Of a DNA stretch of 64,000 nt, positions 25,671-39,319 are shown piece by piece. Every line of letters starts with the position of its first letter. Position 1 is the stretch's first letter. The translations under genes and the position numbers were made by a program. The notes beneath the pieces were generated by a model. It was not told the origin of the DNA and ran no database searches. It saw nothing but the letters and a program-made list of their open reading frames with translations. This DNA comes from Owenia fusiformis (Eukaryota), in the NCBI GenBank assembly GCA_903813345.2, contig CAIIXF020000001.1, positions 13,702,001-13,766,000 on the forward strand. The letters run 5' to 3'.

Positions 25671-27084
25671 AGAGAAGATAGTTATGATGTCTAGTTATGT
25701 ACTTAATATAGTACAATATACTGATGAGATAATTAAAATTTAACCTTTTCATGACCTCACCACTGATGACTTTGACCTTGCTTGAACTTAGTAAATTATT
25801 CAAAACAAGAGATCATTTAAAAAGAATTAAGGCTCATGTGAAGTAGATGTTTGCAGTGTTGTAATGAATTGTATTGATAAATAGGGATACAGACTGAAAA
25901 ATTAAAATTTTATGCATATTTTGAAAGACGTTCTATAACTTGTCAAGCAGGTGTTCCTTACAGAAGAGTGTTTTCTAAGTCAAGTTTCACTGTATAAGTA
26001 GATTGCCAAGCTTACTTTTAACGCGGTTGTAATTTACCGAACGGCAAAAGAAGAAAAAATTTGAACATTTTGAACTGATTAAGATCTTTAAATTGTGAAG
26101 GTCTGAGTACCAGGACCTCTTAGAAAACATCCAAACATATCAAAAAGTGAAGATGGGTCAATTTGATTCTCGTTCTCCCGAAGATATAATAAAATAGTTA
26201 AATGTTCGGAGTTTTTTTAATGCTGTAAATTGTTCACAATTCTAAATCGAGAAGTCGCTCGTATTTCTGTCGTATTTAGGAAATCATGTTGCCGAAAATC
26301 AGTGCACAGTGTTCATGGTGTTGTTGTAAAATGTGCGTATATGAAACCCTCTCTAACGCAATTTTATTATAAACTAACACCTTAGGGTTAAACTATTGCT
26401 CGAGGAATTAACTCATTTTCATCAATAAATATTAACCCATCAGGTTTTCTACTAATAAACTAACGTTAAAACCTCAGTCCATTGTCGTTATCACTTACTA
26501 CTAAACCCAAGTGAGATATGGCTCTTGCCTCAGCACGAGCCAATAATACTGGTTGATTCAACACTTGCTAGCTTAAATTAATGGCATTTAATATTCAATG
26601 TCATTTTCATGTTATTTTAGATTGACCTTCATTTTTAGACCAACAAGTAATTTGTTTACGATAATATATACATGAAGAAGAAATAACATGTAATAAACAT
26701 TTTCTTGAGTTTGGAACTAAATTTTCTGCATTATGTATTTTTATACTTATATAATATTTTGACCTTTAAGTGATTTCTTGATGTATCATTACTCTCTTAC
26801 AGTTGATTACTGTTCTGATTGACTGGTGTACGTGTCCAATCATCTCGATTCTGCGACATCATCTCATTTCCGACCACTTACTGTAAACCTAGTTACATCT
26901 GCTGCTTTTATTTATTCTGAACTCAATATTTCTGCATTTTGTCTTCTGTCTGCATCAATATTTGCTTTTCTAGGACTAAGGTATTAAAGTTTGACTTAAT
27001 TTATTGGTCAGAAAAAGACAAATTCATTTTCAAAAAGAGTGTCCTTGACAGATTTTATGGTTGGTTTTATGAGATATTTGTCTA

Positions 27085-27362
27085 TTCCTCATTAAACCCT
27101 TAATTTTCTTTCCTTATTGTACCTTTTAATTTTCCTTCCTTACTAGTACCCCTTCATTTTCCTTCCTCATTATACCTCTTCATTTTCTTTCCTCATTTTT
27201 CCCCTTTATTTTCCTTCCTCATTTTTCCCCTTTATTTTCTTTCCTCATTGTACCCTTTAATTTCCCTTCCTTATTATCCCCCTTCATTTTCCTTACTCAT
27301 TACCCCCTTCATTTTCCTTCCTCATTGAACCTTAATTTTCCCTTCCTCATTATATTCCTTCA
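27085..27362. repeat. Pyrimidine-rich minisatellite, ~26-bp unit (TTTTCCTTCCTCATTNTACCCCTTYA), ~10-11 copies
   Basis: Direct inspection. Confidence 0.85.
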
Positions 27363-27802
27363 TAATAATAATTTCATCCAGGGGATTCATGTCAAGATCC
27401 TCTAACTTATGACATGCATACATTTAGCATCCATCTCTTAGCCACACATTTGGAAACCCATGTAGAGACAGAATCAAATAAAGTAAATTGGAACTCATAT
27501 AATCTATGTTTGCAGAATTTAATCCTTGCATCTTGAATATTGGAGAGTCAACCATGTCATCCACTTGAAAACTACATGATGAGGCTCGCTGGAGCTTGAC
27601 AGATGGAGATATTTGACTAATTATATTTGGCAAACCTGTAGATTACCCTCGGGTGATTTATCATAGTGCCATCCACAAACATGACAAAATAAATTGAACC
27701 AGTGAAATGAAGCCTTTTTTATTGGAGCCATCATCATTGCGTGTTTAATGTAATTACCTTGATTTGGAATGTTGTTTTTCGTTCTCTGTATAAGGACGTA
27801 GC

Positions 27803-28312
27803 CCCGGGAGGTTCACTGTTACCAAAATTTGGCGGGGGTCCTAGGCTGAACCTTCAGATATCAATATGTTCCCATACCAATCTGACAAATTTCAATGTGT
27901 TCCCATACCAACTAAAATAACGTCTAAAGCCATACCAAATATCCAAAAATATAAGACCAGTGCCATATCAAATGTCCAAATATTGGACCAATGCCATACC
28001 AAAGGGGAAAAAACTAATATTCAAAATGAAGAATCACCGAGAAGAAGGTAGATCTTTCAGAAAAACGATTCAAAACAACCTCACATTAAAAATATGTATA
28101 ACTACTAGACCAATGCCATACCTGTGAGGTCACATATTTTTCAAGGCCATTCTCATGCCAGAAAGGTGAAAATTTGACCATTGCCATATCTCAAAAGTCA
28201 TTATTTGGGGGATCCTAAAATTTGGGTCCATTGTCATACCAAATGTCAAAAAGGTACCCCATGTGTGCCGAGGATCCCCATCAAGGTTTATATACAGTGA
28301 ACCCCCCAGGGG
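27803..28312. mobile_element. MITE with CCCGGG-type termini and 6-7-bp TSD
   Basis: CCCGGGAGGTTCACTGT...ACAGTGAACCCCCCAGGGG flanked by CGTAGC/CGTAGC; internal CCATACC repeats. Confidence 0.7.
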
Positions 28313-30669
28313 CGTAGCATCAGGATTTTTGACTTATTTGTCATAATTGAAGTATAGACATGTAATCATGTTATGTTTTTATTGAAATGCTGAAGAAATC
28401 TACTGGACCTAAGGGCTCATCTTGTACCTAGTTCTGTCAGTATTATGCTAAAATATATGATATTTGGAAAACATGTTTTATTTAAGCTGAATGGGTGATG
28501 CAAAAAAACAAAGGAAAAAGATGTTCAAAATGCAATATGAAAAATTCATAAAACTGGTAGGATAAATTAAAAAGCTATAATGTTGTTTTCGTTAGATTCT
28601 CCTCAACTCGACAAGCTTTTTCTCTCCAGTGGAAAAACACAACTGAATTACTGACAGTATAACAAAACATTAGTATTTGCATAACCTTGGTGACTCATTT
28701 TCAGGGTTGATTATTCATATGCCGATTGGTAACTCAACAGACATGACATATCGACATATTCATTTTACTAAGTTCTCCCTACAGTTTGTGATTTTATTGT
28801 TATTTTAAACAGCCTAGGATAAAGAACAACAATTCTTTGCAATATAAAGACTCATCATATTTAAACAGAAACCCCATAACTTATAACAAATTGAAAATCC
28901 AAAAATGTGAAATGATTTAGGAGCTTGTTTATGACACATAGCTTAAAGACAGTGCTAATAACTGAAAAATATGAGCTACAATTATGCCCTTAATGAAGTA
29001 ATTTCATCGGATCATTGTGAAATATTGAAAGCAGTACCTAGATATTATGTCAATAATGATGTCAAAAACACTTTACGAGACAACATATTGAAGTTAAAGT
29101 GATAATCATTCTTTAGATTATGAGACAACATACATCTTTAGATTATGAGACAACATACTATAGTTAAAGTGGTGATCATTCTTAGTCTAATTAGATGTGT
29201 GTTTCTGATACACAAAGCACCAGAAAATATTATATAAGATCATGATGAGCTGATTGATTTGAAAGCTTGATGGGTGAATGCACCTCGATGAATATTAAAT
29301 CTCAGCAATCAACTTCATTAGACTCAAGGAAATTGAGCTTCTATTCAGCAATTTCAAGTCCTCACAGTCAGTTTATGATTTTAAAGTCAGGCAGTGAAGT
29401 ATGAAAAATCATTTTTTCAAATGAATTTTCCTTTCATGAGGTGATGTATGAGTCATATGAAGAAGCTAAAGGTAGAAATATCACCGTCCAAAATGTTATA
29501 TAAAGATCATACTGATATACCATAATCACAAATGGTTTCTTAAAGTCTGCATCAAATAGTTCAAGGACACATGTTTTGGGTCTTTGGATACAGGAACTTT
29601 TGAACTGCTGGTATGATGCATCCCAAGAAATTCCTAATCTTCAATACCCATCTGATATTAGATTCTACATGTATTTATTCTATTGCGTTGGATCGCTGAT
29701 CAGATCCACTCTCCACTTAGTTATGATAAATGACATCTCTAGAGGCCTTTCATGACAAATGTGGGCTGAGTAGTGATATACGGATTTGGCATGAGTACAG
29801 ACGGGGCTGATGGTACCATTGGTATAAATACAGGACAGAACTTAATATCAGGCCTTCTATCTTGCCTCTCATGGGGTACAAGATGGATTACTTTTTAAAT
29901 GTGCTATTGTTTAGTGGTGATAAATCATTACAAGAGTGGAGAAAAGACAAGATCAAAAATGACACATTGAGAACAAAATTAATAGATCTTATAGAAAAGG
30001 TCATAAGAGATATAGTAATGATGTCGCCTTTGGTGATGTTGGAGTTACTCGCATCATTGCTCTGATAAACCTTTCAGTCATTGAACTTAATGTACAAGAA
30101 GATAAGGTTATTTGTAAAATGGTAACTATCGATCCATTTCCTTGCCATCAGTTTGGTTAATCAGTATAAAAAGAAGGTGTAATTAGTTTTGGGTTTGACT
30201 TGATATTAAGTAAGAAGTCTACAATGGTCTTATGGGATACATTAGAGAATGAATGAACCTCAGTAAATAATATAACTTACACCAAAGGGACTTAAAATGG
30301 TCAGCATCTCGGAAAATTTTATCTCTGGGCCAATGAACTTCAACTAATATCAACCAATATAAGATAATAACACCAATCACTTCATTGTAAAATGATAATC
30401 AATACTCCATCAAGTAATTAAGGTTTTCCTAGATAGTTCTAATGAAGCATGACACCAAAGCTAATGTTCTTCACACCATTCTCATCCCACATATCTCTCT
30501 ATTAAAAGCTTTTACCATTGCCTTAAGACTGTCTGACCCCTGACCCCCACATACTTCACCTCGGAGATGACAATCTTCAAGAGAATCTAAATGAAATTTA
30601 CCTTTATTTGGCCAAGGGAATTCAACTTCACATGGATGAAAAATATGAATGTAGTGAACCGCTATTTAC

Positions 30670-32335
30670 TTTTTGGCTCACACAGTGAGCCTATGGGATC
30701 GACCAGGCATCCGTCCGTTGGTTCGTCCGTCCATCCATCTATCCATCGCACAAATTAAAACTGCTATTCAGATTGAGTCATATCCACATTCATTTTATGC
30801 ATATCCATAATGCCTATTTGACCTATCACCGCTATTTCCCAAGTTAGCCCAGTTTCCGAAAAATTGCTGATTTGACTTCAAAAAGTCAAATTTTCTGTAA
30901 ATACTAGACACTTTGTTGAAGTAGAACTTTCAAATAACTTGTAGTAGTTGCTGTATATGCAACTTATGTCCTCGGAAGATTTCAAAGCTCTTGGAATTAC
31001 AGTTTTTGGTGTTTACTCTAAAAAAGGAGTGGTATCAATATGGAGAACTGAATTCAACAATGTTTTTCTCTTAAACCAATCATTTAAAACATTCTGTAAA
31101 AAACACGGTATTTTATGTAATGTTGACTGATTGACAACAATTTAATGCGAAAATTATTTAGAAATATTTTGTATAACTGTTTTTGTTAACATTTTTTGTT
31201 TTTTTAGTGATTTTGTTTTTGCTCCTTTCTACCAATTCTTGAGAATGAAATCAAATGTCTTTCCGAACCTTGTTGGAACAAAATAGCATATACAACATGT
31301 TTTTAGACCGCTCAATATTATAGTTATACAAAGGAATTTTTGGTTGATTTTAAAAAAGTATTCAAAAAATTAAAACAAAATCCCCCCAAAACAGATAAAA
31401 ATCAAGATAAACCTTTTATTTCATTAAGTTAACAAGATATTTTTTTAAAGCAACCAATATTTCCTTTGTACAATTACAATATTGAGAGACCTAAACATGA
31501 TGTGTTTATGCCGTTTTGTTCCAATAAGGTTCGGAAAGATGTTTCATTTCACTTTGGAAACATGATACCAAAAACAAAACAAGTAGTTGATGTGTTTTCT
31601 AAAACAATATAGATGAAAGTATATATTTTTTTCAAATTATATTGTTACCATTCAAAAGATGACCATTGAATTGACAATGTGTAAAATATTCAGGATTTTT
31701 TGATGACTGGTTTAAGAGAAACGTGTGTTCAAAAAGTTCGCCATATCGATACCCACCCTTTGACAAAAAGTAGGACTTAGTCATTTTCAAGAAACATTTT
31801 CAAGAAACTTTCTCATGTATAAAGTCACTGGCAGGTTTTGTGATTGACAAGTTTCTCAAAGTTTGCCTTATGCTCGATCATTTCTTGCAATGAATAACAT
31901 CATTACTAGATTTAAGCATTCCCTACATATTGTTCAATATATGTCAGCATCAAATTTTTACTGTTTTTTTTTAGATATTTGACGTCAAAAAAACAGTAAA
32001 AATAAGTTATTTTTCAACTTGCTTCAATTTGACCAAATTTTTGGGAAAATCATCTACAAGTTGCCAGGAGTTCAAATGTGACCTTTACTTGACCTTCAGT
32101 GATTGATTTTTGGATGTAAATTTTGGTTAGCTTAATCACAAAAGACCTTACTGAGCCATGAATAAGTAAGATTTTCAAGGTCAAATGTCATTAAACTAGG
32201 TCACACAACTGTGCTATCTAAGTTTCTCAAAGTTCGAGACTACAAATCCAAATCAATATTTTTGTTTGAAAGTCAGGATATACATTCCTCTGAAGGTTCC
32301 AAACTGCGTGAGCACAGGACCGTGGGTCCTTCATT
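30670..32335 (+). mobile_element. Helentron-like non-autonomous element
   Basis: T-run, then hairpin GGCTCAC-ACA-GTGAGCC and (GTCC/ATCC)n; 3' GTGAGC followed by hairpin AGGACCGTGGGTCCT. Contains MITE copy 3 and a degenerate unit of the ~130-bp satellite. Confidence 0.65.
31025..31759 (-). mobile_element. Full-length inverted copy 3 of the 725-bp palindromic MITE, nested in a Helentron-like element
   Basis: Reverse complement of 14192-14916 with both TIRs present. Confidence 0.8.
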
Positions 32336-35300
32336 AATTTGTATTAAAGATAATGATAGCCTGACAACAAAACAATTCAGAATGTTAGATTCATAATATT
32401 CCTTTCTGAAATAGTGTTAATTTTAATCTATGGAATAAAGTTTAATGATGATAAATAAAAAAAATACTTTGTCTCCATACGGCTTTCAAGACTTTGGAAG
32501 TGAAATAGGCGAGGGGTCCACATATTTAATGCATGACTAGAATCTTTTACTGTCATGGATTGATTTACTTACATTATTTTTCAGATGTTTTATACATTGC
32601 CCCATAGCATCTGAAACTCTATGATCCCTTGGTTAGATTGTATTTCCTTCAGAATTTACCCTGTATCTAAAACAAATGATGAAAATTGACAACAGCATTA
32701 GAGAACTACAACTTTTAATAAAGCACTTCATAATTCCTGGCTTTCATTACTTTTGCAAATTACATGCTTGATTGACTGTTATCAAGGTTTATTGCATCAA
32801 TTCTAAGTTTACTCTCAAAGGTTAAAGTGGCACTATGATCTGCACAAACTTGTACTTTTTGGAATGACTAAGGAATTCCTGCTATTTGTTCTTTTATTAT
32901 CTTTCTGAGTTTTCAGTTCTTGAATGAATATAATTAAGTGTATTTTTTAGGTTTAAAGTTTTTTTTATCATATTAATCAAAACCATGTTACATACAGAGC
33001 AAAGGCCGAAGCAATGCATTATTGGCCCTGGTAATCAGGAATTAATATAAATGATAAAGTTGCAAAAAAACTTAAGTGTATCTTCCATGAGTTAACAATT
33101 ACAGCATCATTACTCTTTTATGCTGAAGTCAATCATTATAAATGGTTTGAATGACACATTTATCTTTTAGCTTTTCAGGTTAAATGTATTTAACTCTATT
33201 GATTTTACCTATTAAGATTTTAAGTATATTTGGTCTGGCTTCCTAATACAATAGTGTAGCAGTTTATCTCAATTCCCTATGTAGTTTTTACCTTCTTTTT
33301 AAACATGCAACAATATAGAGATGTAACCTTAGTGTACTTGTTTTGCTTTCATGGTGTCTATCTGTCCTTCACAATAAACATGTCAGTATATAGGTATCAT
33401 TTGAAGACACCCAAAATCAGAGAATGCATGTTTTTTGTCATCAAAATATCAAACACAAAAATGTTCACCATGGGATAATGAATCATTATTTGCCGCATCA
33501 ATTTAGATATCTTCTCCAATATTCACATACAAATCACCTTAATTTTCTCCCTAGAGTTTCAAATGATTGCCCTAAAATATAGAATTCAAAATTGCGTACT
33601 CCTAATTTCAGTCCAACTTGATAATAGCCTTTATTTTAACTGAAATGCCGAGTTCAGTGGTCAGCAGTTAGCATCTGTGACAAATTGTTACGCTTCTGTA
33701 ACCATTGGCAGGTGGTGACAGTTTTCTTGTTTGCGATTTAGATTTGCACTGGTTTTTGGATAGTATGCATGTTTGAGCCTTTATGACTATGGGCTATGAA
33801 TGACATATTGTTAATAGATTAATGGTGTGGGTTTTAGTATTGCCAGTAGGTTAACTGACTCTTCAATAATCTAGGCCGGAGGTACAATTGCTAGAATTCT
33901 CATCTACCTCGCTACTTAGTGTAGTATAGTTTGCCTTTGTAATTTCTTATTGCTTCCTCTTTACCTCTACCCACACTGCATTAATAAAGTAATAAAGTAG
34001 ACCTTCTGTAGAAGGTGTGTTTATCAAATGGTGTAACCACATAGCGATTTTATTATTCCATCAATCAGTTGAAATGTCGTATTTAACTCAAGATATTGCG
34101 TTGAATTGATAACTTATGATTTATGTGAGGCTAAGCGTAGAAATTAAACCTGGCAGTAAAGGCTAGGACCGAGATGAATGATCTGCGTTTTGTGACATAA
34201 TGTGATAAATTGTCGTACAATCGATGGATTGAAAAGTAGATTTTCTTTGAAATGGGGGATTTATCCGTGTGGTTTATCTCTGTGTTTTATCTAATGTACT
34301 ATTCAGCCAGATCGTTAAACAAATCCTTGCATTGGAAAAATATGCCATGCTGTCTGTGCTAATGTCATATCCTGGTTCATGAAGAATATATTTTTCCCTC
34401 TTCATGATGGTAGTGTCCTATCAAACAAACAAACAATGGAATGAAGGAGTCAACTTAAACTGCTTTAAGCTCATGCAATCAGCATTCTTTGGATAAAAAG
34501 TTTTAAAAAGTTAAGTTTTTTGGAACAAGTAAGTCAAGCGAATCACCATTTTATAATAGAAAGACTGAAAATAAGTTAATGTTTTGAGAAATAACATTGT
34601 TTAAAATAGCAATTTTCTAATATTGCCATACCATCTAATGGAAAACACAATCGAGTGTCAAACTTGACCATTTGTGATTATTTAACAAATCCAATATTTT
34701 TCATAAAAACAGCTTGATAGATTATATCAATACTTATAAATTGTGCTTAATTTGATTTACAAAGTTTTCGTGACTTTTTCGATGAGGTAGTGATTTCATG
34801 TTGCACTGTGTGACTTATGTTTTGCCTTCAATCAATACTTCTGATATATAGTTCTGACGTCTTAATGCATCATGGATTAACATTTGACATTGGTATCAGG
34901 ATGTCGATTCTTACATTAATGGTAATTGCTGATGTTTGCCATCCAAAGGGCAACACAAAACAGCAATATGAACAGGGCCCTATGAACCTTGAAGAAATAT
35001 TAGAATCAAGGATTGGTTTGCCAAGCAGGTAGGTGTTTTGGTACAGGGATTGGTATAAAATTCAAGAATAGATTAATTTTTGAGTACAATGTGTAGTGGG
35101 TCAATTTTAGACTTTCCATCCTAAAATCTTGGGTAACACTTCACCTTGTATTCTGTCCCTTTTTGGCAAAGCAGGGTGGGGAAGTTTCTCTCATGATCTA
35201 ACAGCATGGTTAGCACAGATTCAAGCAGGCTTAACCCATATGTTTGATGACAAGATTTAAGTCTACTGTGCTTTTAGTTGTTATATATCAAGGCCATAAA

Positions 35301-38300
35301 TGAGTTAATTGGTTGAAATAAAATGTTGAAAACAATTCATGTTTTAGAAATGTGATAACAAGCCTGGGAAACATGCACTTCAAACCTCATTTACACATAG
35401 CTAGGCAAGGTGTGTCCAATTCCAGCCAATCAGAACACACTATTTCATGTAACTGCATTCCATAATATTACCAATCGCCTCATCCAAGGTCACTTCTCTT
35501 TTTTGTTTTAGATTCTAGTGAAATAATGAAACTGATAAACTGATCAATTATATAGTTGAGTAAAAATCTATAAATAGTATCATAGGGAATAACAAGCTAC
35601 TTGCTTATTCAGGTCTATTGGTGAGTGTTGTATGGTTGTCAAGGTAACAATCCATGATACTGACTGTCACAAACAGAAGCTACAACTTGACCCATGCAAA
35701 AAGTTTCCTTGAAGTTATAATCTTTTGAGTCATTTCATATTACTTTTAAGTAATATTGTAAACTATTTTGCAATGTATTTTGCCCAAGACCCAATGCATT
35801 ATGTAATGACCATTCCTTTCAGGCATTGTTTCCTAAAATTAACACTTGATGCTCTGTATCTTGTGCAACTTTTGGAAAGCAACACCTTCAAGGAATGCTC
35901 ATTCCACATTGCACTGAATGCAGGGCTTAGATCCTTTAATCAAGCTGTTGTGATGGATCTGTTTTGACTGCAGATACGTTCAAATAGTATTGGAAACAGG
36001 TTTAATGTGATGGGATGACTTTTCAATAAAGGAATAGAATCATTTAGATATCCGGAAATAATATATAGGCCATTATAAGTAGACATTTTATAAAGGACCT
36101 ATATAAGGAGGGGTACCAAGACAACATATATAATTGTATTCTACTGATGTTATACACACTACCATTAATAGATATGTTTAAGGTTCATGGTGTTATTTTT
36201 CTTAGATTTAAGTTTTGATTTGTTATTGATTAACCTCTTTCACATTTACTTATAATTAATTGTAGATTATTACTGATTAAAAGTGAGGTGTTAAAAACAA
36301 AAGTAATTCATGTTTTTATGTCCCCTCTGAGAAGTGGTGACATATTGTTACAGGCTACAACTTTTTTGTAGATGGTTTAAGGTGGTCAGCATCTGTAACA
36401 AATGTCAGGTGGTGACATTTTGCATGTTTCATGCTGACATTTAAAACATTGGGTTTAGACCAAGAATAGAAGGAAAACAATGGAATATGTTGTTCTGTAC
36501 AAAAAAATTCTCCGAAAAATATGAAGTTTTTTCAAAGAAATTGTTTTTGAATGCCTTAAGGAATTATTATTTTATTATTTTTATTTAACCTTGTGTTTAG
36601 TCTGGCCTAGTGTTTTGTTAAACTGCAAATAGGACAAACTCACCTCAGGTGTTTTTATCAAGGATGTCAACTTGCTAGTCCCCAGTTATTTTTTCTATCA
36701 GATTTTTACAGCTCATTGCCTTAGGAATGTTATAAAGAATAAGCACAAGGGCACATTTAAATGTTGCTGGAAAGATAATCTGTTGATAGACTATGAGCAA
36801 ATTAATTATATTGTCCCTGTGTGTGATAATTGTGTTTTTTCTATTTTGTTTGGATTTGAGCTTGTGTGGTAATGTTACATGTTAAAGCCACCCGAATGGT
36901 CGAAAATAACACTACATTTAGTCAATTTACACACTACCCAGTCTGAGATCTTTGGATGCCTAGACTAGCCCTGTCGTCCAGTCTTAGTTACTATACTCAG
37001 ATATTTTCTGAAAAAGCGTGAGCTCTTAAAGTACAATATAGAAAATAATTATTCAAGCTGCAACACCAAATGGCACCGATTAGCCAATCAGAAGATTTGA
37101 TGTGATCATTTCCCCGAGAGTAATTTCACATTAGTGATAATTGTGGAGCACATTTAATCAGGAACTCCATCATAATAGAACAAGGAGCATCCTCAACTGT
37201 TCTATACAATAAGTATCTCCAATGATGAGATTTCCGATTTCACGGAAACCGTTCAGCGGAGCATGAAATGTTATTAAGCTCACCAGCTTGAAACTGGCAT
37301 GTGAGAAACACATCAGTCGGCAGGAGGCACGCTATAGTAGTCAATAGACTTCTTAGATTCCTATATAGGATGCCTATGAATTGGAATATATGGCAATCAC
37401 TAAGTAAATATTGCAGAGTTCCTCAGAGACTCATAATAATTCTAGAGTTCCTGATGTGAACTGTGTAAGAAATGTGGAGGATTACAAACTTTGATAAACT
37501 TGAGGTAGGTTTGATTGAAAAATATCATGACAACTGTTTTAATTTTTACTAGCTTTTTGTATATCAAATGGAGTTTCAATGTACAATTCTTGGTCAAACC
37601 ATGCAGATAGTAATTATTTAGTTAAATTATGCAATGAGGATTAATTAAGATATTTCAGTTTGAAATGCATTTTCAATTTTAAAAGAGTTTTTTATTTTAC
37701 TTATGGTACTTCCTTATGGTGTTTGAATTCATGAAGAAGCAACCAATAAGTCATATTTTGAATATTTGTTCCTCATTTGATTATTTGTACAATAATGCTA
37801 AGCTTAGTAATAAGAAAAAAATACTGTAGAAAACAAATATACTATCTTTGATATGTATGCTAGATTAAGTACATGTATGTTGTGATTGTAACTTATAGTT
37901 TATAAGTGATTTTATTATCTGGTTAATTGCCAATCTAGTCCAAGCTATTATTAAACAGATATAGGGAAATCGTAATACGTGGAACACCTCTGTAAGAATA
38001 ACACTTCAGAGTCCCAAGACCAACTGACTTAATATTAAATGAACAATATCAAAGGTGTTCCACTTAAACAGGTTTTACTGTATTTACTTTAACTAAATGT
38101 AAGTATGAACTCTCACTTAAATTATTTTTTTCATTGTAATGTATCGCATATCGATATATTATAAATAATCATGAATGACAAATTACATGTAATATTAAAT
38201 CTACAAACATCCATTGCTTTCCCACGAAGCTTCCCACAAATGAATAATTGCCATAATCAGAATGAAACATTACCTGGCCTAAATGCTGCACGTGCACAAA

Positions 38301-39319
38301 TGATGAGAAGTACATACCATAATTGCTAAAGAGAGAATTAGATCTAGTATGCAAGCTGAACAAAAATTTGTTTCAATTTTATAATATTTTTGACTCATAT
38401 CATTCTTTGTCATGTTTATTTCAAGAAAAGTAAAGATTTTTACAATAATGTAATATTTTTCATTAAATATGGTTACCATTTATTTGAGAGAATTTAAACA
38501 TTGTTCCCACATTTTTACACTCTGAATCCTTATATATTAATAACTTCACCAATTTATAACATATTGTAGATCGTTTGGGAGATTATGTAGTTGAGATCAA
38601 AAGGAATAGATTGGTAGGTCAGTTGTACATGTTTCTTGCAATTTTGTCACCCCATAAAAATCTGATTCTGCCTTTAACGCTTCAAAATAAAACACTTTAT
38701 ATTGTGGATGATTGATATCTACATTCTATTCTATTCTATTCTACATCCTTCTTTTCATTGGTATATCCAACAAGTTCTTCCTATCAATTGAACATTTTCC
38801 CTGGAAGAGATCAACACAATGGTTGATCATGATTGTAAATTCTGTGATTCGCTGTAAGAGACCCTTTATGACATTTTCATGTGATCCCTGACATTGATGT
38901 AGAACATCAATCCAGATTTGTCTGATTGATTTAGGCAGTTGTTTAATACTTACTTTGGACGGAATCAATCATCTTGCAAAACAAGCTGATATTGATGTAT
39001 GAAAGTAAATTAGTTTAGTCTAAGTAGTACATGCCCAGTGTTGTAGTACTATAGATCTTTAAGAGCAATCATAGGGATTTCTCAGATCAATCCATATTAT
39101 TAATTAGCATCTTGCAAATGCTGTATTTGTAGAATTTATGATGATCGATACCTTTGATCCTCAAATTATTAAATGTAGTGCTTTACTCAGGATTTCTTCT
39201 CAACTGGGTCTTTGGTGCAAAATTTTAATTTTCAATGATTTTCAAGGATTTCAACAGGATTCATATAGATTTCCAACTGGGTAGGGCAGTTTTCATATCC
39301 TCTGACAGCTGCTTGTGAT

